From an uncultured Planctomycetales bacterium (GTDB lineage: Bacteria > Omnitrophota > Gorgyraeia > Zapsychrales > JAHFFX01), in contig CAYXGG010000004.1 in assembly GCA_964464475.1 (NCBI GenBank), positions 4,940-68,939 of the forward strand: a stretch of DNA of 64,000 nt, written 5' to 3'. The notes beneath the pieces were generated by a model. It was not told the DNA's origin and searched no databases. It saw nothing but the letters and a program-made list of their open reading frames with translations. The position numbers were made by a program, and so were the translations under genes. Numbering within the stretch: the stretch's first letter is position 1; each line of letters starts with the position of its first letter. Positions 9,790 to 18,385 of this stretch are shown here, one piece after another.

Positions 9790-10332
9790 CTACGGGCTAA
9801 ACCTAAAAGTCTTTAAAACCAAAAAATAGACTGGCGTCCATTCTCTTAAGCCGATTAATTGCGGAAAATGACCTTCCACTTCATAGTCCACACCCCGAAA
9901 TGAAAAAAGCGTAAAATACACTTTCTCATCTTTGGCATTAAAAACCAACTGCTTCGCCGGCTGCCCGGCGACCTGATAAAAACTCTCGATTTTGAGGACC
10001 TCATACGTTTCAGAAAGCTGTTGGACAATGGCAGCCGAAATTTCGGGATCGGCTGCGGCTTTACGCACTTCAATCCAGGCAAAACGCTCCTCCCCCGCAT
10101 GTTTAATTTTAGGCGAAACAAATATGACAGAAGGAATCCCCTCCACCTTCCCAACCTGCAAGCTCCATAATGAGGGATAACGCAGCTGAAACCGATACTC
10201 AATATCTCGATAAGATTTAACAAATAAAAAACAAAAGACAAGAGTGGCCCCCAGAATGGCAAAAAGAATTGACCGGTATGGCTCTGGAATTTTTAGCCTT
10301 GGCGAGAAAGCCGTTGTGGGCTGACGATTCAC
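9790..10332 (-). CDS. Hypothetical membrane-anchored protein (PsbP-like, tentative)
   Basis: Single TM followed by YRFQLRYPSLW...VAGQPA, directly abutting the upstream gene stop. Confidence 0.55.
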   Translation of the reverse strand: MNRQPTTAFSPRLKIPEPYRSILFAILGATLVFCFLFVKSYRDIEYRFQLRYPSLWSLQVGKVEGIPSVIFVSPKIKHAGEERFAWIEVRKAAADPEISAAIVQQLSETYEVLKIESFYQVAGQPAKQLVFNAKDEKVYFTLFSFRGVDYEVEGHFPQLIGLREWTPVYFLVLKTFRFSP

Positions 10333-11931
10333 CTACCGTCTCCCCCCACCTAACAGTGATCCAAGCACCCCGCGCATAATTTGCCGGCCCACTTGGCTGG
10401 CAGCCGAACGCGCCGCGCTTTTAGCCATTGATTCAAAAATAGTATCTTTAGGCCGCCCTGGAGATCGCCGAGGCTGCGGATCATAGCCAGGTTGGGGCGC
10501 GATCACAATACGATCTTCTTGAGAAGAAGGGGCCCGAGGTGATGTCCCGGATTGAGAAGCTTTAAATCGATCTAACTTAGCCTGCTGTTGTGCCTGAGCA
10601 GATTGGGCGGCTTTTTCGGCCTGCTGCTGAGCCTGCTGCTGTTCAACCCGCGCTTTTAAGACCTCAAACGCCGACTCCCGATCAACTTGTTGTTCATAGT
10701 GTCCCTGGACTAAAGAAGTACTGATTACCTCCCGACGCTGTTCAACGGAAATGGGACCGATATGGCCTTGCGGAGGATAAATAAAAGCCCGTTCGACCAC
10801 GCCTGGCGACCCCTTATCATCCAAAAAAGAAATCAACGCTTCTCCGATTTCTAACTCAACAATCACTTTTTCAGTATTGAGATTCGGATTGGCCCGAAAC
10901 GTTTGCGCGGCGGCCTTAACAGCCTTCTGATCCTGAGGGGTGAACGCTCGCAATGCATGCTGCACCCGGTTGCCGAGTTGACCTAAAACTTTTTCAGGAA
11001 CATCCAAAGGATTCTGAGTAATAAAATAAACGCCAACGCCTTTGGAACGAATCAAGCGCACGACCTGTTCAATCTTATCTTGCAAAAAATCTGGGGTGTC
11101 TTCAAAAAGTAAGTGTGCTTCATCAAAGAAAAAAACCAATTTAGGCTTTGCTAAATCTCCGACTTCCGGCAAATTTTCATAAAGCTCGGAAAGCATCCAC
11201 AACAAAAAAGTAGCATACAGTTTAGGCGATAAAATAAGCTTACTTGCCGCCAACACATTAATCATGCCGCGCCCATCGGCCGCGTTTTGCATAAAATCCT
11301 GCAAATTCAGAGCCGGTTCGCCAAAAAACTGCCCACCACCTTGTTGTTCTAGCATCAGCAAATTTCTTTGGATTGCGCCGACACTCGCGGTGGAGATATT
11401 TCCGTACTGCAGCGTCAGCTGCTTTCCCTGCTCGCCAATAAACTGTACCATCGCTCTTAAATCTTTTAAGTCCACAAGCAATAATCCATTATCATCGGCC
11501 ACTTGAAATAATATGGTCAAAACACCCGCCTGGGTTTCATTTAAATTAAGAATACGCGCTAAAAGAATCGGCCCCATCTCAGAAACTGTCGCTCGAACCG
11601 GATGCCCATCTTGACCAAAAACATCCCAAAACATCACCGGAAAGCCCGAATAGGAATGCCCGCTTAAACCCAACTTGGTGACTCGCTCAGCGACTTTGGC
11701 ATTCCCTCCTCCCGGCTGGCTAACCCCGGAGAAATCGCCTTTAATATCCGCCACAAAAACCGGCACGCCTGCCAAGCTAAATTGCTCAGCTAACACCTGC
11801 AACGTCACGGTTTTACCCGTTCCGGTCGCACCAGCAATTAACCCATGCCGGTTCGCCATTTTAGGCAAAAGACAAAAATCTTGAAGTTCACGACGGGCTA
11901 GCGGCAAAGATTGCAAAAATTGACTATTCAT
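10333..11931 (-). CDS. HerA-like ATPase, DUF853/YjgR family
   Basis: [16 protein letters not shown] Walker A, FFFDEAH Walker B and [16 protein letters not shown]. Start moved to ATG 11931, which has an aaaggaa SD. Confidence 0.92.
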   Translation of the reverse strand: MNSQFLQSLPLARRELQDFCLLPKMANRHGLIAGATGTGKTVTLQVLAEQFSLAGVPVFVADIKGDFSGVSQPGGGNAKVAERVTKLGLSGHSYSGFPVMFWDVFGQDGHPVRATVSEMGPILLARILNLNETQAGVLTILFQVADDNGLLLVDLKDLRAMVQFIGEQGKQLTLQYGNISTASVGAIQRNLLMLEQQGGGQFFGEPALNLQDFMQNAADGRGMINVLAASKLILSPKLYATFLLWMLSELYENLPEVGDLAKPKLVFFFDEAHLLFEDTPDFLQDKIEQVVRLIRSKGVGVYFITQNPLDVPEKVLGQLGNRVQHALRAFTPQDQKAVKAAAQTFRANPNLNTEKVIVELEIGEALISFLDDKGSPGVVERAFIYPPQGHIGPISVEQRREVISTSLVQGHYEQQVDRESAFEVLKARVEQQQAQQQAEKAAQSAQAQQQAKLDRFKASQSGTSPRAPSSQEDRIVIAPQPGYDPQPRRSPGRPKDTIFESMAKSAARSAASQVGRQIMRGVLGSLLGGGRR

Positions 11932-11960
11932 CGATTTCCTTTCGAAGTTCAAAGTTAATG

Positions 11961-12004
11961 GAGCCTCACGGGCAAGCCCGTAATTTTCTGCAAGGGCGGA
12001 TAAA
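11961..12004. repeat. Short palindromic (REP-like) element
   Basis: acgggc-aa-gcccgt hairpin followed by ...ggataaa. The same ggataaa ending is seen at 15776-15782. Confidence 0.4.
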
Positions 12005-12118
12005 ATTTTGAAATTATTATACTCAAAATTCCCATTTAAGGGAAAAACTAACTTAAGAACTTTTTACCCCAAAACAACTCCGCATCATAATTATTAACAA
12101 GCACTTACACTTGAACCA

Positions 12119-12146
12119 TTGCTTTCCCCTACCCTCATGTTATACT
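12119..12146 (+). promoter_or_regulatory. Putative sigma70 promoter for riboswitch/pilin operon
   Basis: ttgctt-N16-tatact with an extended -10 TG, about 30 nt upstream of the riboswitch. Confidence 0.55.
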
Positions 12147-12175
12147 TCGGGCAAAGTATTCTTCCGCTCTTTATT

Positions 12176-12317
12176 GATTTCGATCAAGGTAAACCATTCG
12201 TAAGAATGGGACACAAAGCTACGCGCAATTCCTGAGCTTTTTATCAGCAATTGCCGCCCCGAACGCGGGGAGGGCCCGACTGCAGCAGCATCGCAAGGGG
12301 TAGCCAGTTGCCGAATC
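12176..12317 (+). ncRNA. c-di-GMP-I (GEMM) riboswitch with enlarged P3
   Basis: ggtaaaccattc-gtaa-gaatgggacacaaagc ... gtagccagttgccgaa matches the GEMM consensus. It shows a compensatory U22-A45 pair and retains the G20, A47 and C92 equivalents. It lies upstream of pilin genes. Confidence 0.85.
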
Positions 12318-12365
12318 TAACGACACTTTAATTTTCTTAACACTGTGCTGTGTGGCGCATCTTGT

Positions 12366-12397
12366 GACCTATTTCTTATTCGAAATAGGTCTTTTTT
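12366..12397 (+). terminator. Intrinsic terminator in the riboswitch expression platform
   Basis: gacctatttc-ttattc-gaaataggtc followed by tttttt, between the aptamer and the first pilin gene. Confidence 0.85.
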
Positions 12398-12427
12398 ATT
12401 AAACCTTAGTTTTGAAGGAATACAGCT

Positions 12428-12892
12428 ATGCTAAAAAAAATATCTCGCAAGTTAAAATATTCAAGCGGCTTTACTCTGCCAGAACTCATGATTTCCTGCC
12501 TTATTATTATGCCGATACTCGTGGGAGGCATTTTTACGTTCATTCAATGCTTAGAGCTGTCCGAATTATCAGGAAACATGTCTACAGCTATTCTGGGAAC
12601 CCAAACGCTCATTTCACAAATCGAGGACTCGGCGTTTAATCAAATCTTTAGCAATTATAACAACACGACCTTCTCACTTTCCGGACTAACGGGAGCAGGT
12701 GTCACCTATGTTGATAACTCCGATCCAGATTTACTAAAAATCACCAACACTTTCTGTTGGCGACAAAAAAGCGGCAGAGTCATCGGAGAAGATAAAAATT
12801 TAAATGGCCAACTAAACGCCGGTGAAGATAGCAACGGCAACGGGATTCTGGATTCTCCCGTACAACTAGCTACTCTTATTTACAATGAATAA
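12428..12892 (+). CDS. Type IV minor pilin (PilV-like)
   Basis: Prepilin cleavage motif SSG|FTLPELMI followed by a hydrophobic helix. C-terminal DxNxNG repeats. Confidence 0.85.
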   Translation: MLKKISRKLKYSSGFTLPELMISCLIIMPILVGGIFTFIQCLELSELSGNMSTAILGTQTLISQIEDSAFNQIFSNYNNTTFSLSGLTGAGVTYVDNSDPDLLKITNTFCWRQKSGRVIGEDKNLNGQLNAGEDSNGNGILDSPVQLATLIYNE

Positions 12893-13673
12893 CCAACGGT
12901 CCCCCTCAGCCGGATTTACCCTCACTGAACTCATGGTGGTGACGATCCTTTCCGCCATTGTGGGGATGGCTAGTTTGATGATGATTGTCTCCGGCCAGAA
13001 ATTACTGACTCACACTGAGCATCAAATCCGCTTACAGGAGAACGCGCGACTCTTTATGCATCGGCTGGCCCGCGAACTGCAGGAATCTGGTCGTGATCAA
13101 AATGGTAATTTAAAAGTAACGATTCAAGACAATACGGGAACCAATGGTTCAGATATTCTACGTTTCTCCGTTCCCATCTGCCCTTGCGGTAGGAATGTCA
13201 TGGATGACAACGGTAATGTGCGTTCATGGGGCGCACCCATCATCTGGGGACAAACAGGGTGCAACAACGATCCTCCCGTCGAGACGAACGGCAAAGTGAT
13301 TATTTGTCATTTACCTCCGGGAAATCCCGGCAACCAACAAACGTTACAAGTTTCCCCCTCTTCGGTGAAAGCGCATTTAGCCCATGGGGACTGGATAGGA
13401 AACTGCAATACCTGTAATCCGACCACCTACACGAATCACTATGTGGAGTATTCCCTTGATGCCAACAACAAGGTTATTCGTAAAATTTTAGATTCAACAC
13501 TAACCACAATCTCGCAAACAACGTTTGCCTTATTGGTGACAGATTTTCAAGTTTCTTTAAACGTCGCCCAAACCGTGGTCACCGTCAACACGACATTTAC
13601 GCAAGCGTCGCAGCAAACGCAAACACAAACGCTGATGCAGACCATCAAAGTAATTTTGAAGAATCGAGGATAG
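12885..13673 (+). CDS. Type IV minor pilin (PilW-like) with inserted Cys/His mini-domain
   Basis: SAG|FTLTELMV followed by RLQENAR...LARELQE. Overlaps the upstream stop. Confidence 0.85.
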   Translation: MNNQRSPSAGFTLTELMVVTILSAIVGMASLMMIVSGQKLLTHTEHQIRLQENARLFMHRLARELQESGRDQNGNLKVTIQDNTGTNGSDILRFSVPICPCGRNVMDDNGNVRSWGAPIIWGQTGCNNDPPVETNGKVIICHLPPGNPGNQQTLQVSPSSVKAHLAHGDWIGNCNTCNPTTYTNHYVEYSLDANNKVIRKILDSTLTTISQTTFALLVTDFQVSLNVAQTVVTVNTTFTQASQQTQTQTLMQTIKVILKNRG

Positions 13674-13676
13674 CTT

Positions 13677-15371
13677 ATGAAACTACACGCTCAGCAAGGA
13701 TCTATGTATATTTATACCTTAGGGGTTTTCTTTACCATCGCTTCGATTAGCGGAATTTTTCTATTGCGATCCGTTAATGCCAGCAAAAGTACGCAAATCG
13801 CTACCTCTTCTCTAAAAGCTTATATCGTTGGACAAGGCGCCGCGCAGGCCGCCCTCCGACAGGTTGACACTTTAATTAATAGCTATTTATTGACCACTCT
13901 CTCAAACACCAGTCCTAGCGGTGTTATTAATTACGCGACCAGCAAAGTAGCGTCAGGAGATGGTATCGGCTGGCTGGTTTATTCAACTCGCAATAATAAC
14001 GTCGCCGTACTGACTCAAAATGGCGAACAAGCTGAATACAGCGGCAGCGGGACGCTCGCGACCGGAACGTATCAATTCAATATTATTATTACTGAGAAAT
14101 CAGACCCCACCTCGGCCGGCGCCGACGCCTGGGATTTTCCATTTAGCTACAAAGTGTTGGCTCGGGGAATCTCTGCAGGCCAGAGCAATGATATCGCCAC
14201 CAGCGGAGATTTTACCGTGCGCGTCCAGCGGGACAATTTTGCCAAATTCGCGCTTTTCACTAATGACCAAACAACTCCCTCGGGGACTAACGTCTGGTTT
14301 ACGGATAAAACTAATTTTTCCGGCCCTGTGCATACCAACACCCGCTTTAATTTCGCCTTAAATCCCAGCGGAACTTTTACGGACGCCGTAACACAGCATT
14401 ATCAAACCGCACGATTTTATAATAGTGGCTCTTCCCTGCTTTTAGATGCCAGTAGCAACGGCACGAAAGACGTTCCTGTGTTTCAAGATAGCTTTACTCG
14501 GGACGAAGATTTCGTGACCCTTTCTTCAGCCACCCAACAAACCGACATGGTCACTCAGGCCAAAGGAAGCAACACTTATTCAACTAATGGTATTTATATC
14601 CCCAACAGTGGTGGAAATCTAACCGCCGGAATTTATGTTCGGGGCGATAGTAATATCAGCATGTCGATCAACGGTAGTCAACAAGCCGTCTATACCATTA
14701 CCCAAGGAGCGACAACCAAAACTGTCACCGTTGATCGTACAAACAATCAAACAATCGTCCAGGATTCTAGCGGGACCACCACTTATGCTGGCCTTCCCGA
14801 TGGGCAGGATGACGCCGGGACCCTTATTTATGTTGAAGGAGATGTTGATAGTCTGCAAGGAACCGTTCAAGAAGATACTGAACTGACCATCGGCAGCAGT
14901 GCAGATATTGTTATTACCAATCACGTCCAGTACGAAAGTTATACGCCGGGCAGCGGCACACCTGGGACGGTCGGTTACGTTCCGCCTTCCGTGGACAGCG
15001 CTGATAACTTGCTCGGATTGGTTTCCTGGGGCGGCAATGTACGTGTAGGAACCGGCGCTCCGAATGACATCAACATTCACGGCACCGTTATGTCACAAAA
15101 CGGCGTCATGACGGTTGATGATTATAACAACACTTCCGTCGGTCCACGAGGAACGGCGACGCTGTTAGGTGGGGTCATCTCTGATGACTACGGAGCTTTT
15201 GGATTATTTAATAGTTCGACGGGACTCGCTACCGCTGGCTATGGCCGCAATTTTGTCTATGACCAACGCATGCTGGCGGGAAAAGCGCCGCCCTACTTTC
15301 CTTCGTTGGATACGTTTATCGCTTTCACTAATGATATTACGGACAAGTTAGTCTGGCAGGAAGGACAATAA
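13677..15371 (+). CDS. PilX-like pilus assembly protein with large C-terminal domain (DUF4900-like)
   Basis: QQG|SMYIY pilin-like N-terminus lacking E5, GPVHTN motif and C-terminal GYGRNFVYDQRM...PPYFP. Confidence 0.8.
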   Translation: MKLHAQQGSMYIYTLGVFFTIASISGIFLLRSVNASKSTQIATSSLKAYIVGQGAAQAALRQVDTLINSYLLTTLSNTSPSGVINYATSKVASGDGIGWLVYSTRNNNVAVLTQNGEQAEYSGSGTLATGTYQFNIIITEKSDPTSAGADAWDFPFSYKVLARGISAGQSNDIATSGDFTVRVQRDNFAKFALFTNDQTTPSGTNVWFTDKTNFSGPVHTNTRFNFALNPSGTFTDAVTQHYQTARFYNSGSSLLLDASSNGTKDVPVFQDSFTRDEDFVTLSSATQQTDMVTQAKGSNTYSTNGIYIPNSGGNLTAGIYVRGDSNISMSINGSQQAVYTITQGATTKTVTVDRTNNQTIVQDSSGTTTYAGLPDGQDDAGTLIYVEGDVDSLQGTVQEDTELTIGSSADIVITNHVQYESYTPGSGTPGTVGYVPPSVDSADNLLGLVSWGGNVRVGTGAPNDINIHGTVMSQNGVMTVDDYNNTSVGPRGTATLLGGVISDDYGAFGLFNSSTGLATAGYGRNFVYDQRMLAGKAPPYFPSLDTFIAFTNDITDKLVWQEGQ

Positions 15372-15373
15372 TC

Positions 15374-15691
15374 ATGCGCGCGCGATCGTTAATCAAAATA
15401 ATTTTGCTTACCGCCTTATTAGTCGGCTTGGCGGCGGTAATTTATAAAATCAACGCTCATGTTAACAAAGAAATTGAAGAAATGACCGATCTCTCGCGCG
15501 CTTCCGTAGATGTTTCAGCAGCAGTTCCCTTAGATCCTCGATTTGTCGCTCAAGGCAAACTTCCGCAAATAGATCCCGCCAACGATCCCCTGGCTCCGGT
15601 TGAGAAAGTCAAACTTCCGCCCCCACAAAAGATTCGTCCCCTCACCGGAGCCTCCGATTCCATCACAGACCCTTATACGTTAGTACAATAA
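15374..15691 (+). CDS. Hypothetical single-TM protein, last gene of pilin operon
   Basis: Starts 2 nt after the PilX-like stop and has an N-terminal TM helix. Confidence 0.65.
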   Translation: MRARSLIKIILLTALLVGLAAVIYKINAHVNKEIEEMTDLSRASVDVSAAVPLDPRFVAQGKLPQIDPANDPLAPVEKVKLPPPQKIRPLTGASDSITDPYTLVQ

Positions 15692-15695
15692 ACCC

Positions 15696-15782
15696 GGATT
15701 TTGCATTTGCAAAATCCCTGCCTGTCGCCATTATCAAACGGCAGACAGGCGCCCAAAGGGCCCCGCCAGGGCGGGGGATAAA
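15696..15782. repeat. Cluster of four consecutive hairpins (REP-like)
   Basis: ggattttgca-tt-tgcaaaatcc; gcctgtcgcc...ggcagacaggc; gccc-aaa-gggc; ccccgcc-ag-ggcgggg; then ggataaa. Confidence 0.6.
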
Positions 15783-15860
15783 TACTTTCACCCAGATTAA
15801 TCAAAGGTAGTCAGTCAATTATTGCCGTTTTCCTGGATAAAACGGTATTGCGGTAGCCAA

Positions 15861-16076
15861 TATAGAGCTTTGCTTTCCTTAGAACTACCCTTAAAGGAGA
15901 GGGGGAGGCCTGAATCCGGACATCGCGAGGACGAGCGGGCATGGTTCCCCGCCGTATTACAGCGGGGAGAGCGAGGACGAGAGTTGAGCTCGAATCGGAC
16001 ACGCTGGGGTCGATCGAGCGTTCCGGAAGCAGGCCTCCCCCTCTCCTTTTCGGGTTTAAAGATGCAAAGCTCAATA
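15861..16076. other. Structured intergenic element (ncRNA or MITE-like candidate)
   Basis: Perfect 20-bp inverted repeat 15893-15912/16030-16049, outer IR gagctttgc/gcaaagctc, internal hairpins and an 11-nt direct repeat gcgaggacgag. Confidence 0.6.
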
Positions 16077-16616
16077 ACGAGCTTCGTCCCAATACTCGCG
16101 TTTATAATCCTCACGACCTGACGAGTTATGGTAAGAATGGTACCGAAATGGGTTTTTGCAGTAATACTTCTGATGGGCTTCTTCAGCAGGATAAAATGGT
16201 TCGGCTGGTTGAATTTCAGTCGCGATAGGATCGCTAAACCGACCTGAAGCCTCCAGGGCTTCTTTCGAATTTTGCGCGATCTGCCGCTGAGCTTCGCTAT
16301 GGTAGTAAATAACTGTTCGGTACTGTTCTCCTTCATCATAGAACTGACCGTTGACTTGCGTGGGGTTAATGCTTTTCCAAAAAGCCTCAACCAATTGCTG
16401 ATAAGAAATCTGGGTAGGGTCAAACATGATCTCAAGTGCCTCCGCGTGGCCAGTCTCTTCGGAACAAACTTCTTCATAAGTTGGATTGGGAATGCTTCCG
16501 CCCGTATAACCCACTTGAGTGTGAACGACCCCAGGGAGTTGGTCAAAATCCGCTTGCGTACACCAAAAGCATCCTCCCGCGAACGTGGCTTTTTCCAAAT
16601 TGTCAGCTGCGGACAC
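16071..16616 (-). CDS. msrA: Peptide methionine sulfoxide reductase MsrA
   Basis: ATFAGGCFWC, VGYTGG, NPTYEEVC and FYPAEEAHQKYY. Start reassigned to GTG 16616 with an aggagg SD. Confidence 0.95.
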   Translation of the reverse strand: MSAADNLEKATFAGGCFWCTQADFDQLPGVVHTQVGYTGGSIPNPTYEEVCSEETGHAEALEIMFDPTQISYQQLVEAFWKSINPTQVNGQFYDEGEQYRTVIYYHSEAQRQIAQNSKEALEASGRFSDPIATEIQPAEPFYPAEEAHQKYYCKNPFRYHSYHNSSGREDYKREYWDEARY

Positions 16617-17193
16617 GATTAACCTCCTGATAACGGAAACAATCCACGGTATGATCATTCACCATGCCCGTCGCTTGCATGTGCGCGTAGATCACCGTCG
16701 GACCCAAGAACTTAAAACCCCGCTTTTTTAAATCCAGGCTGAAAGTTTCGGCTTGCACGGTAATGGCAGGAACCTCGCGCATGGTCTTCCAACGATTGCG
16801 AATCGGCTTGCCACCCACAAACCCCCACATGTATTTAGCAAACGTCCCAAACTCTCGTTGAACGCACAAAAACTGCTGCGCGTTATTAATGGCCGCTTGA
16901 ATTTTCAAACGATTACGGATGATGCCCGGATTCAATAATAATGCCTCAACATCTTTCGTCGTAAACCGAGCTACTTTAACAGGATCAAATCCGGCGAAAG
17001 CCGAGCGATAATTCTCTCGTTTATTAAGCACCGTGCGCCAGCTTAAGCCTGCTTGCGCGGACTCCAACACTAAAAACTCAAAAATTTTTGGATCATCATA
17101 AACCGGCACGCCCCATTCCTGATCATGATAATCTTCGTACAATTGATCACCCGGCTTCAAACTCCAGGCGCAGCGTTTCTTGTGTTGAGCCAT
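16603..17193 (-). CDS. tag: DNA-3-methyladenine glycosylase I
   Basis: RCAW, YHDQEWG, LESAQAGLSW, GIIRNRLKI and MVNDHTVDC. Confidence 0.96.
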   Translation of the reverse strand: MAQHKKRCAWSLKPGDQLYEDYHDQEWGVPVYDDPKIFEFLVLESAQAGLSWRTVLNKRENYRSAFAGFDPVKVARFTTKDVEALLLNPGIIRNRLKIQAAINNAQQFLCVQREFGTFAKYMWGFVGGKPIRNRWKTMREVPAITVQAETFSLDLKKRGFKFLGPTVIYAHMQATGMVNDHTVDCFRYQEVNRVRS

Positions 17194-17209
17194 TAATTAT
17201 GTCCTTAAC

Positions 17210-17809
17210 CTATTTTGATTTTGATGACAGTTCTTTGCGCAGCGCAGGTGGTCTTGATTTCAACGTCACGGACGACGTCTCAGACTTAGCCTTCTTCCAG
17301 AGTCCCAATTTTTTCTCCCGAGCCTGTCGGTAATACTGTTGAAATTTCTCAGCGTGCTTAACGTTAGGGGGGACCGTCAACACGGAAGCATACCCCTGAC
17401 GAACAATCTCTGCATTTAAAAAAGTACCGTCCTCCAAGTAAACGTACGCCAAATCACGCCCATATTTATCTTTTCGTCGCGCGTCATATTCCAGACGAGC
17501 GCGCTTGCCCAACGCTAATTTCTTGGTAAAAAAAGCGGCTTCCTTTCCCATCTTTATCATATCGTCAACATTCTGCCGCGAACGGGAGCTATCCTTTTTC
17601 AATTTCTGATTGTGCTGAGATTCCGGACAATCAATTCCAATCAATCTGATTTTCTTTCCATTGTCCATCCGCAACGTATCGCCATCATAAACTTTCTCAA
17701 TTTTATAATACTTCGCAGAGGCGCTTTTCGCCGCGAAGGCATCAGGGACGACGAACAGGGACAACAATATCCCCAAACTAAGGGTAGAGAGTAAACGCCA
17801 CATAAACAC
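17210..17809 (-). CDS. Exported thermonuclease (staphylococcal nuclease family)
   Basis: VYDGDT, IRLIGIDCPE, DKYGRDLAYVY, NAEIVRQGYA and a signal peptide. Confidence 0.93.
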   Translation of the reverse strand: MFMWRLLSTLSLGILLSLFVVPDAFAAKSASAKYYKIEKVYDGDTLRMDNGKKIRLIGIDCPESQHNQKLKKDSSRSRQNVDDMIKMGKEAAFFTKKLALGKRARLEYDARRKDKYGRDLAYVYLEDGTFLNAEIVRQGYASVLTVPPNVKHAEKFQQYYRQAREKKLGLWKKAKSETSSVTLKSRPPALRKELSSKSK

Positions 17810-17851
17810 AACCGGGAGTGATTGTGAATAACTTAATAAATAATCTACGAG

Positions 17852-18385
17852 CTACTTATCAAAAACTTTGACATCCACTCGGGTCAAATCCGGCTTGGTT
17901 AAAGCGCGATATTTTACCAAGGCCAAATCACGCTTTACCAAATCACCGTCTTTTTCCACCGTGAGACGCACAATGAATTCAAACTTTCGATTATAATTCA
18001 ACATAATAATTTCCGTCGCGGTGACAAAGGCTTCCGGAGAATCCTTTTTATCCGGTGCCCAGACTTGCCCACCGCATTTTTTAGGATCTCGACGATTGTC
18101 ATTTGAAATCATGAGAGTATGCGGACAAGAGGTACACACCTGGGCCGATCCTACCCCAGAACAGTTTGAACAAGGACGAATATCCAAAACATAACCCTCC
18201 GTCCGATAGTCACCGGAAGGTAGCTCTTTAGTCTTCAACTCTTGAATCGTGGCGGCAGGATAATTTTTTTCCGTATTCGCCCAAGCTCGCGCCGAAAAAC
18301 CAAGCAATACCGTCACGAGACAAATACCGAGCAAACATCGGCTGACTGATGCTAAATCAATCTTGAGAAGCTGATAAGGATTCAT
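17852..18385 (-). CDS. Hypothetical exported protein with CxxC...CxxC
   Basis: Signal-like segment ending SARAWA and CSNCSGVGSAQVCTSC. Start probably MNPYQ. Confidence 0.6.
   Translation of the reverse strand: MNPYQLLKIDLASVSRCLLGICLVTVLLGFSARAWANTEKNYPAATIQELKTKELPSGDYRTEGYVLDIRPCSNCSGVGSAQVCTSCPHTLMISNDNRRDPKKCGGQVWAPDKKDSPEAFVTATEIIMLNYNRKFEFIVRLTVEKDGDLVKRDLALVKYRALTKPDLTRVDVKVFDK

Noticed and set aside
12181-12200. cGAMP-selective GEMM-Ib riboswitch
   Set aside because: The position equivalent to 20 is G (12188), the c-di-GMP-type residue, not A.
15861-16076. Retron msr-msd or SRP RNA
   Set aside because: There is no reverse transcriptase in the window. The tccggaagcag stretch only partly resembles the SRP domain IV motif and lacks its full context.
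15811-16546. Overlapping ORFs of 93-243 aa around msrA and the structured element
   Set aside because: They have no recognisable motifs and are explained by GC-rich palindromic DNA and alternative frames of msrA.
10333-17809. HerA-like ATPase plus nuclease as an anti-phage system
   Set aside because: The ATPase is the housekeeping DUF853 type. The nuclease is exported, about 5 kb away and among repair genes.
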